A DNA stretch of 64,000 bases from an uncultured Actinomycetes bacterium (GTDB lineage: Bacteria > Actinomycetota > Thermoleophilia > Gaiellales > Gaiellaceae), in NCBI GenBank assembly GCA_963703975.1, contig CAVPGO010000041.1:4681-68680 (forward strand), given 5' to 3'. The notes below the pieces were generated by a model. It saw nothing but the letters and a program-made list of their open reading frames with translations, was not told the origin of the DNA and did no database searches. Made by a program: the position numbers and the translations under genes. This document shows positions 19,320 to 29,486 of this stretch, one piece after another (the stretch's first letter is position 1; each line of letters starts with the position of its first letter).

Positions 19320-20185
19320 GCATCGACCTCGATACGATCGTCGCGATCGACGTCCACGTCCACGCGGAGGTCGGCCGCACGGGGGAGGACGGTCTCAGGC
19401 CCGAATGGCGCACCGCGGCCGCCGCCTACTTCGGAGAAGGCGGGCTGCCCACGGCGGACGACGTCGCCGCCTACTACCGCGAGCGCAAGCTCGCCGCGGT
19501 GATCTTCACCGTCGATGCCGAGACCGTGACGGGTCGACGCTCGGTGCGCAACGAGGAGATCGCCGAGGCCGCCGCCGCGAACCCCGACGTGCTGATCCCC
19601 TTTGCGAGCGTCGATCCCGGGAAGGGGAAGCGCGCCGTCGAGGAGGCCCGGCGGCTGATTCGCGACTACGGCGTGCGCGGCTTCAAGTTCCACCCGAACA
19701 TCCAGGCCTTCTTTCCCGACGACCGGGCGGTGTACCCGCTGTACGAGGTGATCGCGGAAGCGGGGCTGCCCGCGCTCTTCCACACCGGCCACTCGGGGAT
19801 CGGGTCGGGGCTTCCCGGCGGCGGTGGCATTCGGCTCAAGTACTCGAACCCGATGCACGTCGACGATGTCGCGGTCGACTTCCCCGAGCTCACGATCGTG
19901 CTGGCTCACCCGTCGTTCCCGTGGCAGGACGAGGCGATCTCAGTCGCTCTGCACAAACAGCAGGTCTACATCGACCTCTCCGGCTGGTCGCCGAAGTACT
20001 TCCAGCCGCAGCTGATCCGCTACGCCAACACGCTGCTGCGAGACCGCGTCCTGTTCGGATCGGACTATCCGATGATCACACCCGACCGCTGGCTCGCCGA
20101 CTTCGCCGAGGCGGACTTCAGAGACGAGGTGCGACCGCTGATCCTCAAGGAGAACGCGGCCCGCCTGCTCGGGCTTCGGGCATGA
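19316..20185 (+). CDS. Amidohydrolase-2 family; 4-hydroxyphenyl-beta-ketoacyl-CoA hydrolase (CouO/PhdC-like)
   Basis: [48 protein letters not shown]. Confidence 0.8.
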   Translation: MSIDLDTIVAIDVHVHAEVGRTGEDGLRPEWRTAAAAYFGEGGLPTADDVAAYYRERKLAAVIFTVDAETVTGRRSVRNEEIAEAAAANPDVLIPFASVDPGKGKRAVEEARRLIRDYGVRGFKFHPNIQAFFPDDRAVYPLYEVIAEAGLPALFHTGHSGIGSGLPGGGGIRLKYSNPMHVDDVAVDFPELTIVLAHPSFPWQDEAISVALHKQQVYIDLSGWSPKYFQPQLIRYANTLLRDRVLFGSDYPMITPDRWLADFAEADFRDEVRPLILKENAARLLGLRA

Positions 20186-20844
20186 CGACGAGAGACGGAC
20201 CCATCAGCGCCGAGCAGGCTGTCTCGTGCATCCGCTCGGGCGACACGGTCATGGTGGGCGGCTTCGGGCTCGTCGGAGCTCCGCTGACGCTGATCGACGC
20301 GCTGGTCGAGCACTCGGCTGCGACCGACCTGACGATCGTGTCCAACAACATCGGCGAACCCGGCCGCGGGCTCGGCAACCTGCTGCGGCAGGGCCGCATC
20401 AGGCGCGGGATCTCCTCGTATTTCACGTCGAACCCCGAGGCCGTGGCAGCGGTCAACTCAGGGGACATCGAGGCCACACTCGTGCCTCAGGGCACGTTCG
20501 CGGAGGCGATTCGTGCCGGCGGAGCCGGCATCGGCGGGTTCTACACCCCCGTCGCTGCCGGCACGCTGCTCGCCGAGGGGAAGGAGGAGCGGATCATCGA
20601 CGGCGTTCCCCAGATCCTGGAGCTGCCGATCAGGGCCGATGTGGCGCTCGTGTACGCGGCCCGCGCCGACGCCCTCGGCAACCTCTGGTACCGGCGCACG
20701 GCGAGGAACTTCAACGCGGTGATGGCGACCGCCGCGACTGTGACGATCGCCGAGGCGGGCGAGATCGTGCCGGTCGGCGCGCTCGAGCCGGAGTCGATCG
20801 TGACACCGCATCTCTACGTCGATCACCTGGTGTCGAGCGCATGA
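20182..20844 (+). CDS. pcaI: 3-oxoadipate/3-oxoacid CoA-transferase subunit A
   Basis: [34 protein letters not shown]; adjacent to pcaHG. Confidence 0.8.
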   Translation: MTTRDGPISAEQAVSCIRSGDTVMVGGFGLVGAPLTLIDALVEHSAATDLTIVSNNIGEPGRGLGNLLRQGRIRRGISSYFTSNPEAVAAVNSGDIEATLVPQGTFAEAIRAGGAGIGGFYTPVAAGTLLAEGKEERIIDGVPQILELPIRADVALVYAARADALGNLWYRRTARNFNAVMATAATVTIAEAGEIVPVGALEPESIVTPHLYVDHLVSSA

Positions 20845-21497
20845 GCGACGACCTGAAGAGCCGGATCGCAGAGCGTGCGGCCCGCGAGTTGCGCGTGGGC
20901 GAGGTGGTCAACCTCGGTATCGGCATTCCCAACCTGATCCCGGGGTTCCTCGGTGACGACGCCGGAGTGTTCCTGCACACGGAGAACGGCCTGCTCGGGG
21001 TGGGGCCGAGGCCGGACGAGGACGATCTCGATCCGGATCTGATCGACGCCGCGAAACGGCCGGTCACGGCGCTGCCCGGAGCCTCCTACTTCGACAGCGC
21101 CCAGAGCTTCGCCATGATCCGCGGCGGGCACATCGACGTCGCCGTGCTCGGAGCCCTGCAGGTGAGCGCGACCGGCGACATCGCCAACTGGGCCGTGCCC
21201 GGAAAGGACGTCCTCGGCGTGGGAGGCGCAATGGACCTCGTCGTGGGCGCCCGGCGCGTGATCGTGACGATGACGGCCACGTCCTCGGACGGCGAGCCCA
21301 AGGTGGTGACCGAGTGCACCTACCCGCTGACCGCGCGCGGCGCGGCGGACGTCGTGATCACCGAGCTCAGCGTCTTCCGGTTGCGGGACGGGGGGCTCGT
21401 CCTCACCGAGCTCTCGGGCGCGACGACCATCGACGACGTTCGCGCCGTCACGGCGGCCCCGTTCGCCGTCGACCTGGAGGACCGCCATGCCGCCTGA
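20841..21497 (+). CDS. pcaJ: 3-oxoadipate/3-oxoacid CoA-transferase subunit B
   Basis: [25 protein letters not shown]. Confidence 0.8.
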   Translation: MSDDLKSRIAERAARELRVGEVVNLGIGIPNLIPGFLGDDAGVFLHTENGLLGVGPRPDEDDLDPDLIDAAKRPVTALPGASYFDSAQSFAMIRGGHIDVAVLGALQVSATGDIANWAVPGKDVLGVGGAMDLVVGARRVIVTMTATSSDGEPKVVTECTYPLTARGAADVVITELSVFRLRDGGLVLTELSGATTIDDVRAVTAAPFAVDLEDRHAA

Positions 21498-22218
21498 CCG
21501 GCTTCCGTTCCCGACCGTCGTCGACGCGGAACGCGGCGGCGCCGATCCGCCCTACGACTATCACGACTACGTCGGCACTCGGCTGCGCCACCCGAAGGAG
21601 CCGCTCGTGGTGCTCCCGCACACGCTGAGCGAGCTGACCGGGCCGGTGTACGGCGACGTGGCGCCGGGCGAGCTCGACCACGACCTCACCCGTCAGCATG
21701 CAGGCGAGCCACTCGGCGAGCGCATCGTCGTCACGGGGCATGTGCTCGGGTCGGACGGGAAGCCGCTCCGCGGCCAGCTCGTCGAGATCTGGCAGGCGAA
21801 CGCCGCCGGGCGCTACCTGCACGACGTCGACCAGCACGACGCGCCGCTCGACCCGAACTTCTCCGGCGGAGGGCGCTGCCTCACCGACGACGAGGGCACC
21901 TATCGGTTCGTGACCGTGAAGCCCGGCGCCTACCCCTGGAGGAACCACCCCAACGCCTGGCGGCCGAACCACATCCACTTCTCGCTCTTCGGACGCGCCT
22001 TCACCGACCGACTCGTGACGCAGATGTACTTCCCCGGTGACCCGCTCTTCCCCTTCGACCCGATCTTCAACTCGATCCGTGACGAGCGGGCGCGCGAGCG
22101 GCTGATCAGCCGCTTCGAGCTCGATCTCACGACACCGGAGTGGGCGCTCGGCTACCGCTTCGACATCGTGCTCGGCGGACGCGAGGCGACGCCGCTCGAG
22201 GAGCCGCACGATGACTGA
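21487..22218 (+). CDS. pcaH: Protocatechuate 3,4-dioxygenase beta subunit
   Basis: [38 protein letters not shown]. Confidence 0.95.
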   Translation: MPPDRLPFPTVVDAERGGADPPYDYHDYVGTRLRHPKEPLVVLPHTLSELTGPVYGDVAPGELDHDLTRQHAGEPLGERIVVTGHVLGSDGKPLRGQLVEIWQANAAGRYLHDVDQHDAPLDPNFSGGGRCLTDDEGTYRFVTVKPGAYPWRNHPNAWRPNHIHFSLFGRAFTDRLVTQMYFPGDPLFPFDPIFNSIRDERARERLISRFELDLTTPEWALGYRFDIVLGGREATPLEEPHDD

Positions 22219-22786
22219 CGAGAGCCACGGCCTGACCCCGTCGCAAACCGCCGGCCCGTACCTGTCGATCGGCATGCTGCGCGAGCTCGTCACGCCCCGG
22301 CTGGTCGAACCGGGCGACCCGCGGGCGATCGTCGTCTCGGGGCTCCTGCTCGACGGCGCCGGCGATCCCGTGCCCGACGGGGTGATCGAGGCGTGGCAGG
22401 CCAACGCCGCCGGCCGCTACGCGCATCCCGGCGACGACCGCGCGCAGCCCGCACTGGAGGACGGGTTCCGCGGCTTCGGTCGCTCGGGGACGGCTCCAGC
22501 AGGCCGCTTCGAGCTCGTCACCGTGAAGCCCGGCCCGGTGCCGTGGCCCGCAGGCGGGCTCCAGGCGCCGCACCTCGAGATCGGGGTCTTCGCGCGCGGG
22601 CTGCTGAAGCGGCTGGTCACTCGCATGTACTTTCCCGACGAGGTGGAGGCGAACGCAGCCGATCCGGTCCTCTCCCGGCTCGACGAGCGGCAGCGCGAGA
22701 CGCTGGTCGCGCGATCCGACGGCGCCGGGCTCCGCTTCGACATCGTCCTGCAAGGGCCGGGCCAGACGACGTTCTTCGCCGTGTGA
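22211..22786 (+). CDS. pcaG: Protocatechuate 3,4-dioxygenase alpha subunit
   Basis: TPSQTAGPY, QAPHL, FARGLL, TRMYF, FDIVLQG..TFF. Confidence 0.95.
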   Translation: MTDESHGLTPSQTAGPYLSIGMLRELVTPRLVEPGDPRAIVVSGLLLDGAGDPVPDGVIEAWQANAAGRYAHPGDDRAQPALEDGFRGFGRSGTAPAGRFELVTVKPGPVPWPAGGLQAPHLEIGVFARGLLKRLVTRMYFPDEVEANAADPVLSRLDERQRETLVARSDGAGLRFDIVLQGPGQTTFFAV

Positions 22787-22911
22787 CCGAGTTCGACGCC
22801 CTCTTCGTCCCTCGGGAGCTGCGCGAGGCGGTCTCGGGCCCTGCCTGGCCGGTCGTGATCCGGCACTGTCGCATCGCCCGGGGCACCCTCCGGGCCGAGG
22901 GCGCCGCGTGA
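22783..22911 (+). pseudogene. pcaB N-terminal remnant, probably fused to a pcaC-like C-terminus (deletion scar)
   Basis: 42-aa ORF coupled to both neighbours by GTGA overlaps. MTEFDALFVPRELREAVSGPAW resembles a PcaB start and sits at the usual pcaB position. Confidence 0.6.
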
Positions 22912-23774
22912 TCGTCGTCACCGGCGCCAGCGGCCACGTGGGCGGCCTCGTCGCGGCGGAGCTGGCGCGGCTCAAGCTGCCGTTCCGGATGGTCGTCCGC
23001 GATCCCTCACGTGCACCGGGCCTGCCCGGAGCTGTTGCCACCGCGGGATACGAGGACGGCGAGGCCCTCTCACGCGCCCTGGAGCCCGGTGACCGAGTAT
23101 TCATGGTCTCGATGCACGCGCCGTACGAGCGCCGCCTGGAGCTCCACCGCTCGTTCGTGGACGTCGCGGCCGCCAGGCGGGTCGCTCGTGTGGTCTACCT
23201 GTCGTTCGTCTCCGCAGGGCCTGCCGCGTCGTTCCGCCACGCGCGTTCGCACGGAGCGACCGAGACGATGCTGGCCGAGTCGGGCCTGCCGTTCACGGCC
23301 GTGCGCAACGCCATGTACGCCGACGGGATCGCATCGTGGTTCGACGCCGACGGCCGCATCACCGGTCCCGGCGGCGACGGGCGGGTGAGCTTCTCCTACC
23401 GGCCCGAGCTCGGCGACGCGATCGCAGCGCTCCTCGCCGACCCGAGCTACGACGACCGCACACTCGTGACGATCACCGGGCCCGAGGCGGTGACGCTCGC
23501 CGAGCTTGCGGCGATCGCCTCCGAGGTGACGGGAGACGCGTACCGGTACGAGCCGCTCTGGCGGGAGGAATGGATCGCCAACCGACGGGAGCTCGGCCGG
23601 CCCGAGTGGGCGATCGAGGCGGGGATCTCGTACTACGACGGCGTACGGGCGGGAGAGGCGGATGTCGTCGGCCACGACTACCGCGAGCTCACGGGCAAGG
23701 AGCCGGTGCCGATCGCCGAGGTGATCGCACTGTTCCGCGACGAGATGCCCCTCTCCCGGGTGGAGAGCGCGTGA
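22908..23774 (+). CDS. NmrA-like / atypical SDR NAD(P)-binding protein
   Basis: [23 protein letters not shown]. Confidence 0.8.
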   Translation: MIVVTGASGHVGGLVAAELARLKLPFRMVVRDPSRAPGLPGAVATAGYEDGEALSRALEPGDRVFMVSMHAPYERRLELHRSFVDVAAARRVARVVYLSFVSAGPAASFRHARSHGATETMLAESGLPFTAVRNAMYADGIASWFDADGRITGPGGDGRVSFSYRPELGDAIAALLADPSYDDRTLVTITGPEAVTLAELAAIASEVTGDAYRYEPLWREEWIANRRELGRPEWAIEAGISYYDGVRAGEADVVGHDYRELTGKEPVPIAEVIALFRDEMPLSRVESA

Positions 23775-24952
23775 CGCGTGCAGTGATCCTGTCCGCCGTA
23801 CGGACGCCGGTGGGGCGGTACGGGGGAGGCCTCGCGGGCGTGCGACCGGACGATCTCGCGGCGCTCGCGGTCGCGGCGGCCGTGGAGCGGGCGGCGGTCG
23901 ACCCGTCCGAGATCGAGGATGTGTGGCTCGGCTGCGCGAACCAGGCCGGGGAGGACAACCGCAACGTGGCCCGCTTTGCGGCGCTGCTCGCAGGCCTGCC
24001 GGAGACGGTGGCGGGCGTGACCGTCAACCGCCTGTGCGCTTCGGGTCTTTCGGCGGTCGTCGGTGCCTGCCACGCGGTGATCGCCGGGGACGGCGATCTG
24101 TTCGTCGCCGGTGGAGTGGAGTCGATGACGCGGGCGCCGCTCGTCACGCCGAAGCCCGACGCACCCTACGCTCGCGGGGATCGTGCCCTCGTCGATACGA
24201 CACTCGGCTGGCGTTTCGTCAACCCGCGGTACGCCGAGCGCTACTCCCGCGAGTCGATGGGCGAGACGGGCGAGAACGTGGCCGAGCGGTGGGGGGTGAC
24301 GCGGGAGGATCAGGATGCCTTCGCGTTGCGCTCCCAGCAGCGCTGGGCCGCGGCCGCCGATACCGATCGCTTCGCGGACGAGCTCGTCCCCGCCGGCGAG
24401 CTCGAGCGCGACGAGCACCCGCGCCCGGAGACGACCCTCGAGAAGCTGGCCACGCTGCAACCGGCCTTTCGCGAGGGCGGCTCGGTGACGGCGGGCAACG
24501 CGAGCGGGATCAACGACGGTGCGGCTGCGCTCGTGGTCGCGAGCGAGGAGCGGGCGCGCTCTCTCGGCGTGGAGCCGCTCGGGGCGTTCGTCGGTTCGGC
24601 CGTGGCCGGGGTCGACCCGGCGGTGATGGGGGTCGGGCCGATCCCCGCCGTGCTCAAGCTGCTCGAGCGGACCGGGGTCACCGTCGGCGAGCTCGACCTG
24701 ATCGAGCTCAACGAGGCCTTCGCCTCCCAGTCGCTCGCCGTGATCCGCGAGTTGGGGCTGGACGAGGAGCGCGTCAACGTCAACGGCGGCGCGATCGCCG
24801 TCGGTCACCCGCTCGGCATGAGCGGCGCGCGCCTCGTCGTCTCGCTGCTCCACGAGCTCGGCCGCCGCGGCGGCCGCTACGGCCTGGCCACGATGTGCAT
24901 CGGCGTCGGCCAGGGTCAGGCCGCGCTCTTCGAACGAGGTTCCGGCAGGTGA
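23771..24952 (+). CDS. pcaF: Thiolase (3-oxoadipyl-CoA thiolase-like)
   Basis: [40 protein letters not shown]. Confidence 0.85.
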   Translation: MTRAVILSAVRTPVGRYGGGLAGVRPDDLAALAVAAAVERAAVDPSEIEDVWLGCANQAGEDNRNVARFAALLAGLPETVAGVTVNRLCASGLSAVVGACHAVIAGDGDLFVAGGVESMTRAPLVTPKPDAPYARGDRALVDTTLGWRFVNPRYAERYSRESMGETGENVAERWGVTREDQDAFALRSQQRWAAAADTDRFADELVPAGELERDEHPRPETTLEKLATLQPAFREGGSVTAGNASGINDGAAALVVASEERARSLGVEPLGAFVGSAVAGVDPAVMGVGPIPAVLKLLERTGVTVGELDLIELNEAFASQSLAVIRELGLDEERVNVNGGAIAVGHPLGMSGARLVVSLLHELGRRGGRYGLATMCIGVGQGQAALFERGSGR

Positions 24953-24986
24953 GCCCCCCGCCCGAGCTCCGGCTCGCGTCGACGCA

Positions 24987-26162
24987 ATGACGACGAGGAC
25001 GCAGGTCGCGATCGTCGGCGCCGGGCCCGCAGGCCTCGCGCTGGCGCATCTGCTGCACGTCGAGGGGATCGACTCGGTCGTGCTCGAGAACCGCAGCCGG
25101 GCGTACGTGGAGGCTCGGATCCGCGCCGGGGTGCTCGAGCAGGGCGTCGTCGACCTGCTGACCGGTGCCGGCGTCGGCGACCGGATGCGTCGCGAGGGGC
25201 TCGTGCACGAGGGCATCGAGCTCCAGTTCGCCGGTGAGCGCCACCGCATCGACTTCGCCGAGCTCACGGGCAAGAGCATCGTCGTCTACGGGCAGACGGA
25301 GGTCGTCAAGGATCTCATCGCGGCGCGGCTCGACACCGGCCGTCCGCTCCTCTTCGAGGTCGACGACGTTCGCCTCGAGGGAATCGAGACCGAGCACCCG
25401 CGGGCCGTGTTCACCCACGAGGGCGACGCACAGGTGCTCGAATGCGACGTCGTCGCCGGCTGCGACGGCTTTCACGGCGTCTGCCGACAGAGCATCCCCA
25501 CCGGTGTGCTGCGCACGTTCGAGCGCGACTACCCCTACGGCTGGCTCGGCATCCTCGCGCAGGTGGCGCCGGCGAGCGAAGAGCTGATCTACGCGCACCA
25601 CGAGCACGGCTTCGCCTTGCTGAGCATGCGATCCCCCGAGCTGAGCAGGCTGTACGTGCAGTGCCGGCCGGACGAGCCGCTCGACGGCTGGCCGGACGAG
25701 CGTGTCTGGGCCGAGCTGCAGACGCGGCTCGGCCTCGCGGGCTGGACGCTCACCGAAGGGCCTGTGCTCGAGAAGGGGATCACGCCGATGCGCAGCTTCG
25801 TCGCCGAGCCGATGCGCCACGGGCGCCTGTTTCTCGCCGGGGACGCCGCGCACATCGTCCCGCCCACCGGAGCCAAGGGTCTCAATCTCGCGGTGCACGA
25901 CGTCGGCACGCTGGCGGCAGCGCTCGCGCATTGGTACCGAAGCGGCGACGAGGGGTTGCTGGACGCCTACTCCGAGACATGCCTGCGCCGCGTCTGGCGC
26001 GCCGAGCACTTCTCCTGGTGGATGACCTCGATGCTTCACCTCCACCCCGAGGCGGACGCGTTCGAGCGCCGCCTGCAGCTCTCCCAGCTTCGCTACGTCG
26101 TCGGCTCGCGCGCAGCGGCGACCTCCCTGGCCGAGAACTACGTCGGGCTCGACGTCGTGTAG
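24987..26162 (+). CDS. pobA: 4-hydroxybenzoate 3-monooxygenase
   Basis: GAGPAG, RIRAGVLE, GCDGFHG, GDAAHIVPPTGAKGLN, AENYVG. Confidence 0.95.
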   Translation: MTTRTQVAIVGAGPAGLALAHLLHVEGIDSVVLENRSRAYVEARIRAGVLEQGVVDLLTGAGVGDRMRREGLVHEGIELQFAGERHRIDFAELTGKSIVVYGQTEVVKDLIAARLDTGRPLLFEVDDVRLEGIETEHPRAVFTHEGDAQVLECDVVAGCDGFHGVCRQSIPTGVLRTFERDYPYGWLGILAQVAPASEELIYAHHEHGFALLSMRSPELSRLYVQCRPDEPLDGWPDERVWAELQTRLGLAGWTLTEGPVLEKGITPMRSFVAEPMRHGRLFLAGDAAHIVPPTGAKGLNLAVHDVGTLAAALAHWYRSGDEGLLDAYSETCLRRVWRAEHFSWWMTSMLHLHPEADAFERRLQLSQLRYVVGSRAAATSLAENYVGLDVV

Positions 26163-26169
26163 GGGGAGC

Positions 26170-26583
26170 TCAGGTGCCGGAGCGCCGGAGCTCGGCGAGG
26201 TGCGCGTCGATGTCGTCGAGGCGGCCCATCACCTTCTCGCGGTCGAGTCGATCCTGCTCGGCCGACTCGCGTGTGCGCTGCGCGATGAACACGGACACGA
26301 TGAGGCTCGTGATCGTCGGGATGAGGCTGATCCCGACCATCATCAGCAGGACGCCCACCACGCGCCCGGCGGAGTTCGTGGGCACGACGTCTCCGTAGCC
26401 CGTCGTCGTGACCGTGGACACCGCCCACCAGAGCGCATCTCCCGCCGACCCGATGCCCGGGTCGACGAGGCGTTCCAGGAAGGCGGCGGCGACCGCGGCG
26501 ACTCCGGCCACGGCGATGATCACGAACACTGCACCGCGCAGCTTGATGTCCGCCAGCCGGCGGCCGAACAATCGCTCCCGCAT
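26170..26583 (-). CDS. Two-TM potassium channel (KcsA-like)
   Basis: WWAVSTVTTTGYGD selectivity filter between two TM helices. Confidence 0.88.
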   Translation of the reverse strand: MRERLFGRRLADIKLRGAVFVIIAVAGVAAVAAAFLERLVDPGIGSAGDALWWAVSTVTTTGYGDVVPTNSAGRVVGVLLMMVGISLIPTITSLIVSVFIAQRTRESAEQDRLDREKVMGRLDDIDAHLAELRRSGT

Positions 26584-26697
26584 GCCTTGCCGATTCGCGC
26601 TTCCACAGTGCTCCCCTGCAGGGCTCGGGCGGCGGCGATGTCGTGTCGGCCTTCGTGACCCCGTTGAGCTCGCCGAGGACGCCGAATCCGCCCCGGC

Positions 26698-27834
26698 CTA
26701 GTGCGCGCAGCACCATCCCTCGACGCGGGGGAACGCCTGCGCGCGGAACTGCGCCGTGACGTTCGCGGCGGCCCGCAGGTGGCGCGACCGCCCTCGAGCC
26801 GGCACGAACACCCACTGGTCGGCCGTGGGCCACGTGACGAGCACCACGCGGCCGTCGGGCGACCACACGACCTGGTCGAGTACGCCCGTGCCGTTGAACA
26901 GCTGCCGGGCCCTCGCCGCCCCCAACCGGACGACGCTGCTCTCGGCTCCCGCCACACGGATCACGGCGACCTCATGCGTGCCCGGGCGGAACGCGGCGTC
27001 GGCGTCGCGGGTCGCAGCGGAGCGATCGGCGTGGGCTGCAATGCGCCCACGCTCGTCGTACACACGGAGCGCATGCGCCGAGAGCACGAGCAGCCGCTTT
27101 CCGTCGCTCGACCATTCCAGCGCCAGAACCGGTGCGGCGGTCCCGCGCGTCGCGCGCCAGACAACTCGGCCTGTGTCCACGTCGTGCACTCGAACCACGC
27201 CGCCGGAGACGGTGGCCAGCTGGCGGGGGACGCCTGGTCGCCAGGCGACAGGGCCGCTCTCTGCCGGAGCCAGCAGCCTGTCGCCGGTTCCGTCACCTGC
27301 CACGACCCTGATGCCCGACCGGTCGACGTAGGCGATGCGGGTGTCGGTCTTCGTGCCCGCCCACACGGCATCGGCAGGCCCGGGTCGGGCGAGTGTCCAG
27401 CGCACGGTTCCGTCCGGCTCGAGCGCAGAGAGCTCGTTGGCACGCGTGGCGACCACGAACCGGCCGAAGGGAGACCACGAGCCCTGTCGGTAGGCGCCCA
27501 ACCTCCGCCGAGAGCCGTCGGCCTGCACCACCCACAGGCTCCCCGATGCGCTGACGAGCATCCTCCCGGGCGCCGGGAGGGAGTAGAGCGCCGGCTGGGC
27601 GCGCTCGATCCCGACCGCCTCGCGGACACGGTCGATCACCGCCCGGCCAGGCGGGCTCGCCACCGCGAGAACGAGGGCGGCGCCAACCAAAGCCGTGACG
27701 ACCACGAGCGGATGCCACCGCGACGTCTGCGGCACCCGCTCGCGCTCGGCGAAGGCCGCCAGCACGACTGCGCCGGCGCGATCCTGTGCGGCGTCGGCGG
27801 CCGGCAGCGGCACGCGTTCGAGATCGTCTTTCAC
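26698..27834 (-). CDS. Putative membrane anti-sigma factor with extracellular beta-propeller (WD40/TolB-like)
   Basis: GTG overlaps the sigma stop; one TM; repeated WSPxG/WSSDG/WSPDG motifs. Confidence 0.65.
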   Translation of the reverse strand: MKDDLERVPLPAADAAQDRAGAVVLAAFAERERVPQTSRWHPLVVVTALVGAALVLAVASPPGRAVIDRVREAVGIERAQPALYSLPAPGRMLVSASGSLWVVQADGSRRRLGAYRQGSWSPFGRFVVATRANELSALEPDGTVRWTLARPGPADAVWAGTKTDTRIAYVDRSGIRVVAGDGTGDRLLAPAESGPVAWRPGVPRQLATVSGGVVRVHDVDTGRVVWRATRGTAAPVLALEWSSDGKRLLVLSAHALRVYDERGRIAAHADRSAATRDADAAFRPGTHEVAVIRVAGAESSVVRLGAARARQLFNGTGVLDQVVWSPDGRVVLVTWPTADQWVFVPARGRSRHLRAAANVTAQFRAQAFPRVEGWCCAH

Positions 27835-28355
27835 ACGGCCCCCTGCATCGGTCCTCGCATCGCGTCGAGACCCCGCCGCAGCCGCGAGTTGACGGTGCCA
27901 CGCGGGAGCTCGAGCATCCGTGCGATCTCGCCCGGCGTGTAGTCGAGGAGGTAGCGCAGCACGACGACCGCGCGCTGGTCGGCAGGCAACGCGGCGAGCG
28001 CTGCGAGCACACCCTGATCCGCCGGTCCCGGCGCCGGCTCGGCAGGCGCATCGTCGCCGAGCTCCATCTCGCCGCGGAGCGTGCGGGCGCGGGCGGCGTC
28101 GATCGCCCGGTTCACCACGATCCGGTGCAGCCACGGCCCGAACGGGCGGCGGCGGTCGAAGCGATCGAGGTTGCGCACCGCGGCGAGGAACGCTTCCTGG
28201 GCGATGTCCTCCGCCAGTGCTGCGTCGTGCACGACGAGGTACGCCGCACGGTGTGCCTGCGGCCAGTGGGCGCGGAAGAGCGCCTCGAGGTCCGAGGTGG
28301 ATCCGCGCTGGGCGCCACGCACCCAGGCACGCTCGTCCCGCCCTGCGTGCTCCAC
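27831..28355 (-). CDS. ECF RNA polymerase sigma factor
   Basis: AEDIAQEAF, FGPWLHRIVVN, EIARMLELPRGTVNSRLRR. Confidence 0.92.
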   Translation of the reverse strand: MEHAGRDERAWVRGAQRGSTSDLEALFRAHWPQAHRAAYLVVHDAALAEDIAQEAFLAAVRNLDRFDRRRPFGPWLHRIVVNRAIDAARARTLRGEMELGDDAPAEPAPGPADQGVLAALAALPADQRAVVVLRYLLDYTPGEIARMLELPRGTVNSRLRRGLDAMRGPMQGAV

Positions 28356-28364
28356 CGCAGGACC

Positions 28365-28457
28365 ATACGTTCGTGCTCCCGCCGGAGGTCCACGCCTTGG
28401 ATACGCAGGACGGGGCCGTGGAGGTCCCGGGGACCTCCACAGCCCCGACGCTCGTAT
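28365..28457. promoter_or_regulatory. Three copies of putative ECF promoter GGACCTCC-N14-CGTAT (one +, two -)
   Basis: (+) 28431-28457; (-) 28427-28401; (-) 28391-28365; identical 14-nt spacing in all three. Confidence 0.75.
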
Positions 28458-28464
28458 CTCGTAC

Positions 28465-29466
28465 GTGAACCGACGCGAGCTCCTCGTCGCCGCAGCGGCG
28501 ACACCCGCCGCTCTCGCGCTTGCCGGGCGAGCGTCGGCCGGCCCGGCGGGCGGCACACCGCTCGCCCTCGTCACGGCGGACACCGAAGCGCACATCGTCG
28601 CCCTCGACCTCTCGACGGGGCGTGTCGTGGCTCGCGTCCGCACGTGGCCGGGGCCGCGCAGCATCGAGGCCGTCGCGATGACCTGGGCCGTCGTGGCCCA
28701 CACCACGTCCGGCCGCCTGTCGATCGTGCATGCGCCCTCACTGTCCGTGCGCCGGGTCGTCGAGGGCTTCGTGGAGCCGCGCTACACGGCGGTCCTGCCG
28801 GCAGATCCCCGCGCTGCGGTCTGGCCCGCACGGAGCCGCCCGTTCGCCTTCGTGACCGACTCCGGGAGACGAGAGGTCGTCACCGTGGACGTCGTTGCCG
28901 GACGGGTCACGGCACGAACAGCCGTGCCGGGCCCGGCCCGTCACGTGACGCTCAGCCCGGACGCGACGACGGTGTGGACGGCTCTGGGCCCGAAGGCCGA
29001 CCGGATCGCCGTGCTCGCCGTCGACGAGCGACGCCGCACCCGTCTGGTGCGAACCATCGACCCGCCCGCTCCCGCCCACGATGTCGTCTTCGCGCCGGGC
29101 GGGAAGCACGTCTGGGTCACGTCAGGCAGCGCGCGCAGGATGTGGGTGTACGACGTCGGCGGCCGCCGACCGGTCGCAGAGCTGCGCGCCGACGCCCCGC
29201 CCCAGCACGTCGCCTTCGTCGACGGCCTCGCCTTCGTGGCCAGCGGCGACGACGGCACCCTGCGCGTGCATCGACCGGACGGCGCACTCGTGCACGAGGC
29301 CGCGCTGCCCGTGGGCTCCTACAACGTCACCTTCGGCTGGCAGCGGGCGGTCAGCCCGTCCCTCGATCGGGGCACCGTAGCCCTGGTCGATATGCGGGGG
29401 CGCGTGCGTACCGTCCGTCGCGTGGCCCGAGCTGCCCACGACGCTTGCGTCGTGGTCGGCGCATGA
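28465..29466 (+). CDS. Tat-exported YncE/YVTN-like beta-propeller protein
   Basis: MNRRELLVAAA twin-arginine signal; repeated P-x-H-V-x-F blades. Confidence 0.75.
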   Translation: MNRRELLVAAAATPAALALAGRASAGPAGGTPLALVTADTEAHIVALDLSTGRVVARVRTWPGPRSIEAVAMTWAVVAHTTSGRLSIVHAPSLSVRRVVEGFVEPRYTAVLPADPRAAVWPARSRPFAFVTDSGRREVVTVDVVAGRVTARTAVPGPARHVTLSPDATTVWTALGPKADRIAVLAVDERRRTRLVRTIDPPAPAHDVVFAPGGKHVWVTSGSARRMWVYDVGGRRPVAELRADAPPQHVAFVDGLAFVASGDDGTLRVHRPDGALVHEAALPVGSYNVTFGWQRAVSPSLDRGTVALVDMRGRVRTVRRVARAAHDACVVVGA

Positions 29467-29486
29467 GCGTCGCGCGGGGAGAAGTG

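Noticed and set aside
28400-28458. MITE/REP or terminator interpretation of the long inverted repeat
   Set aside because: It is better explained as two back-to-back copies of a promoter motif that occurs a third time at 28365-28391.
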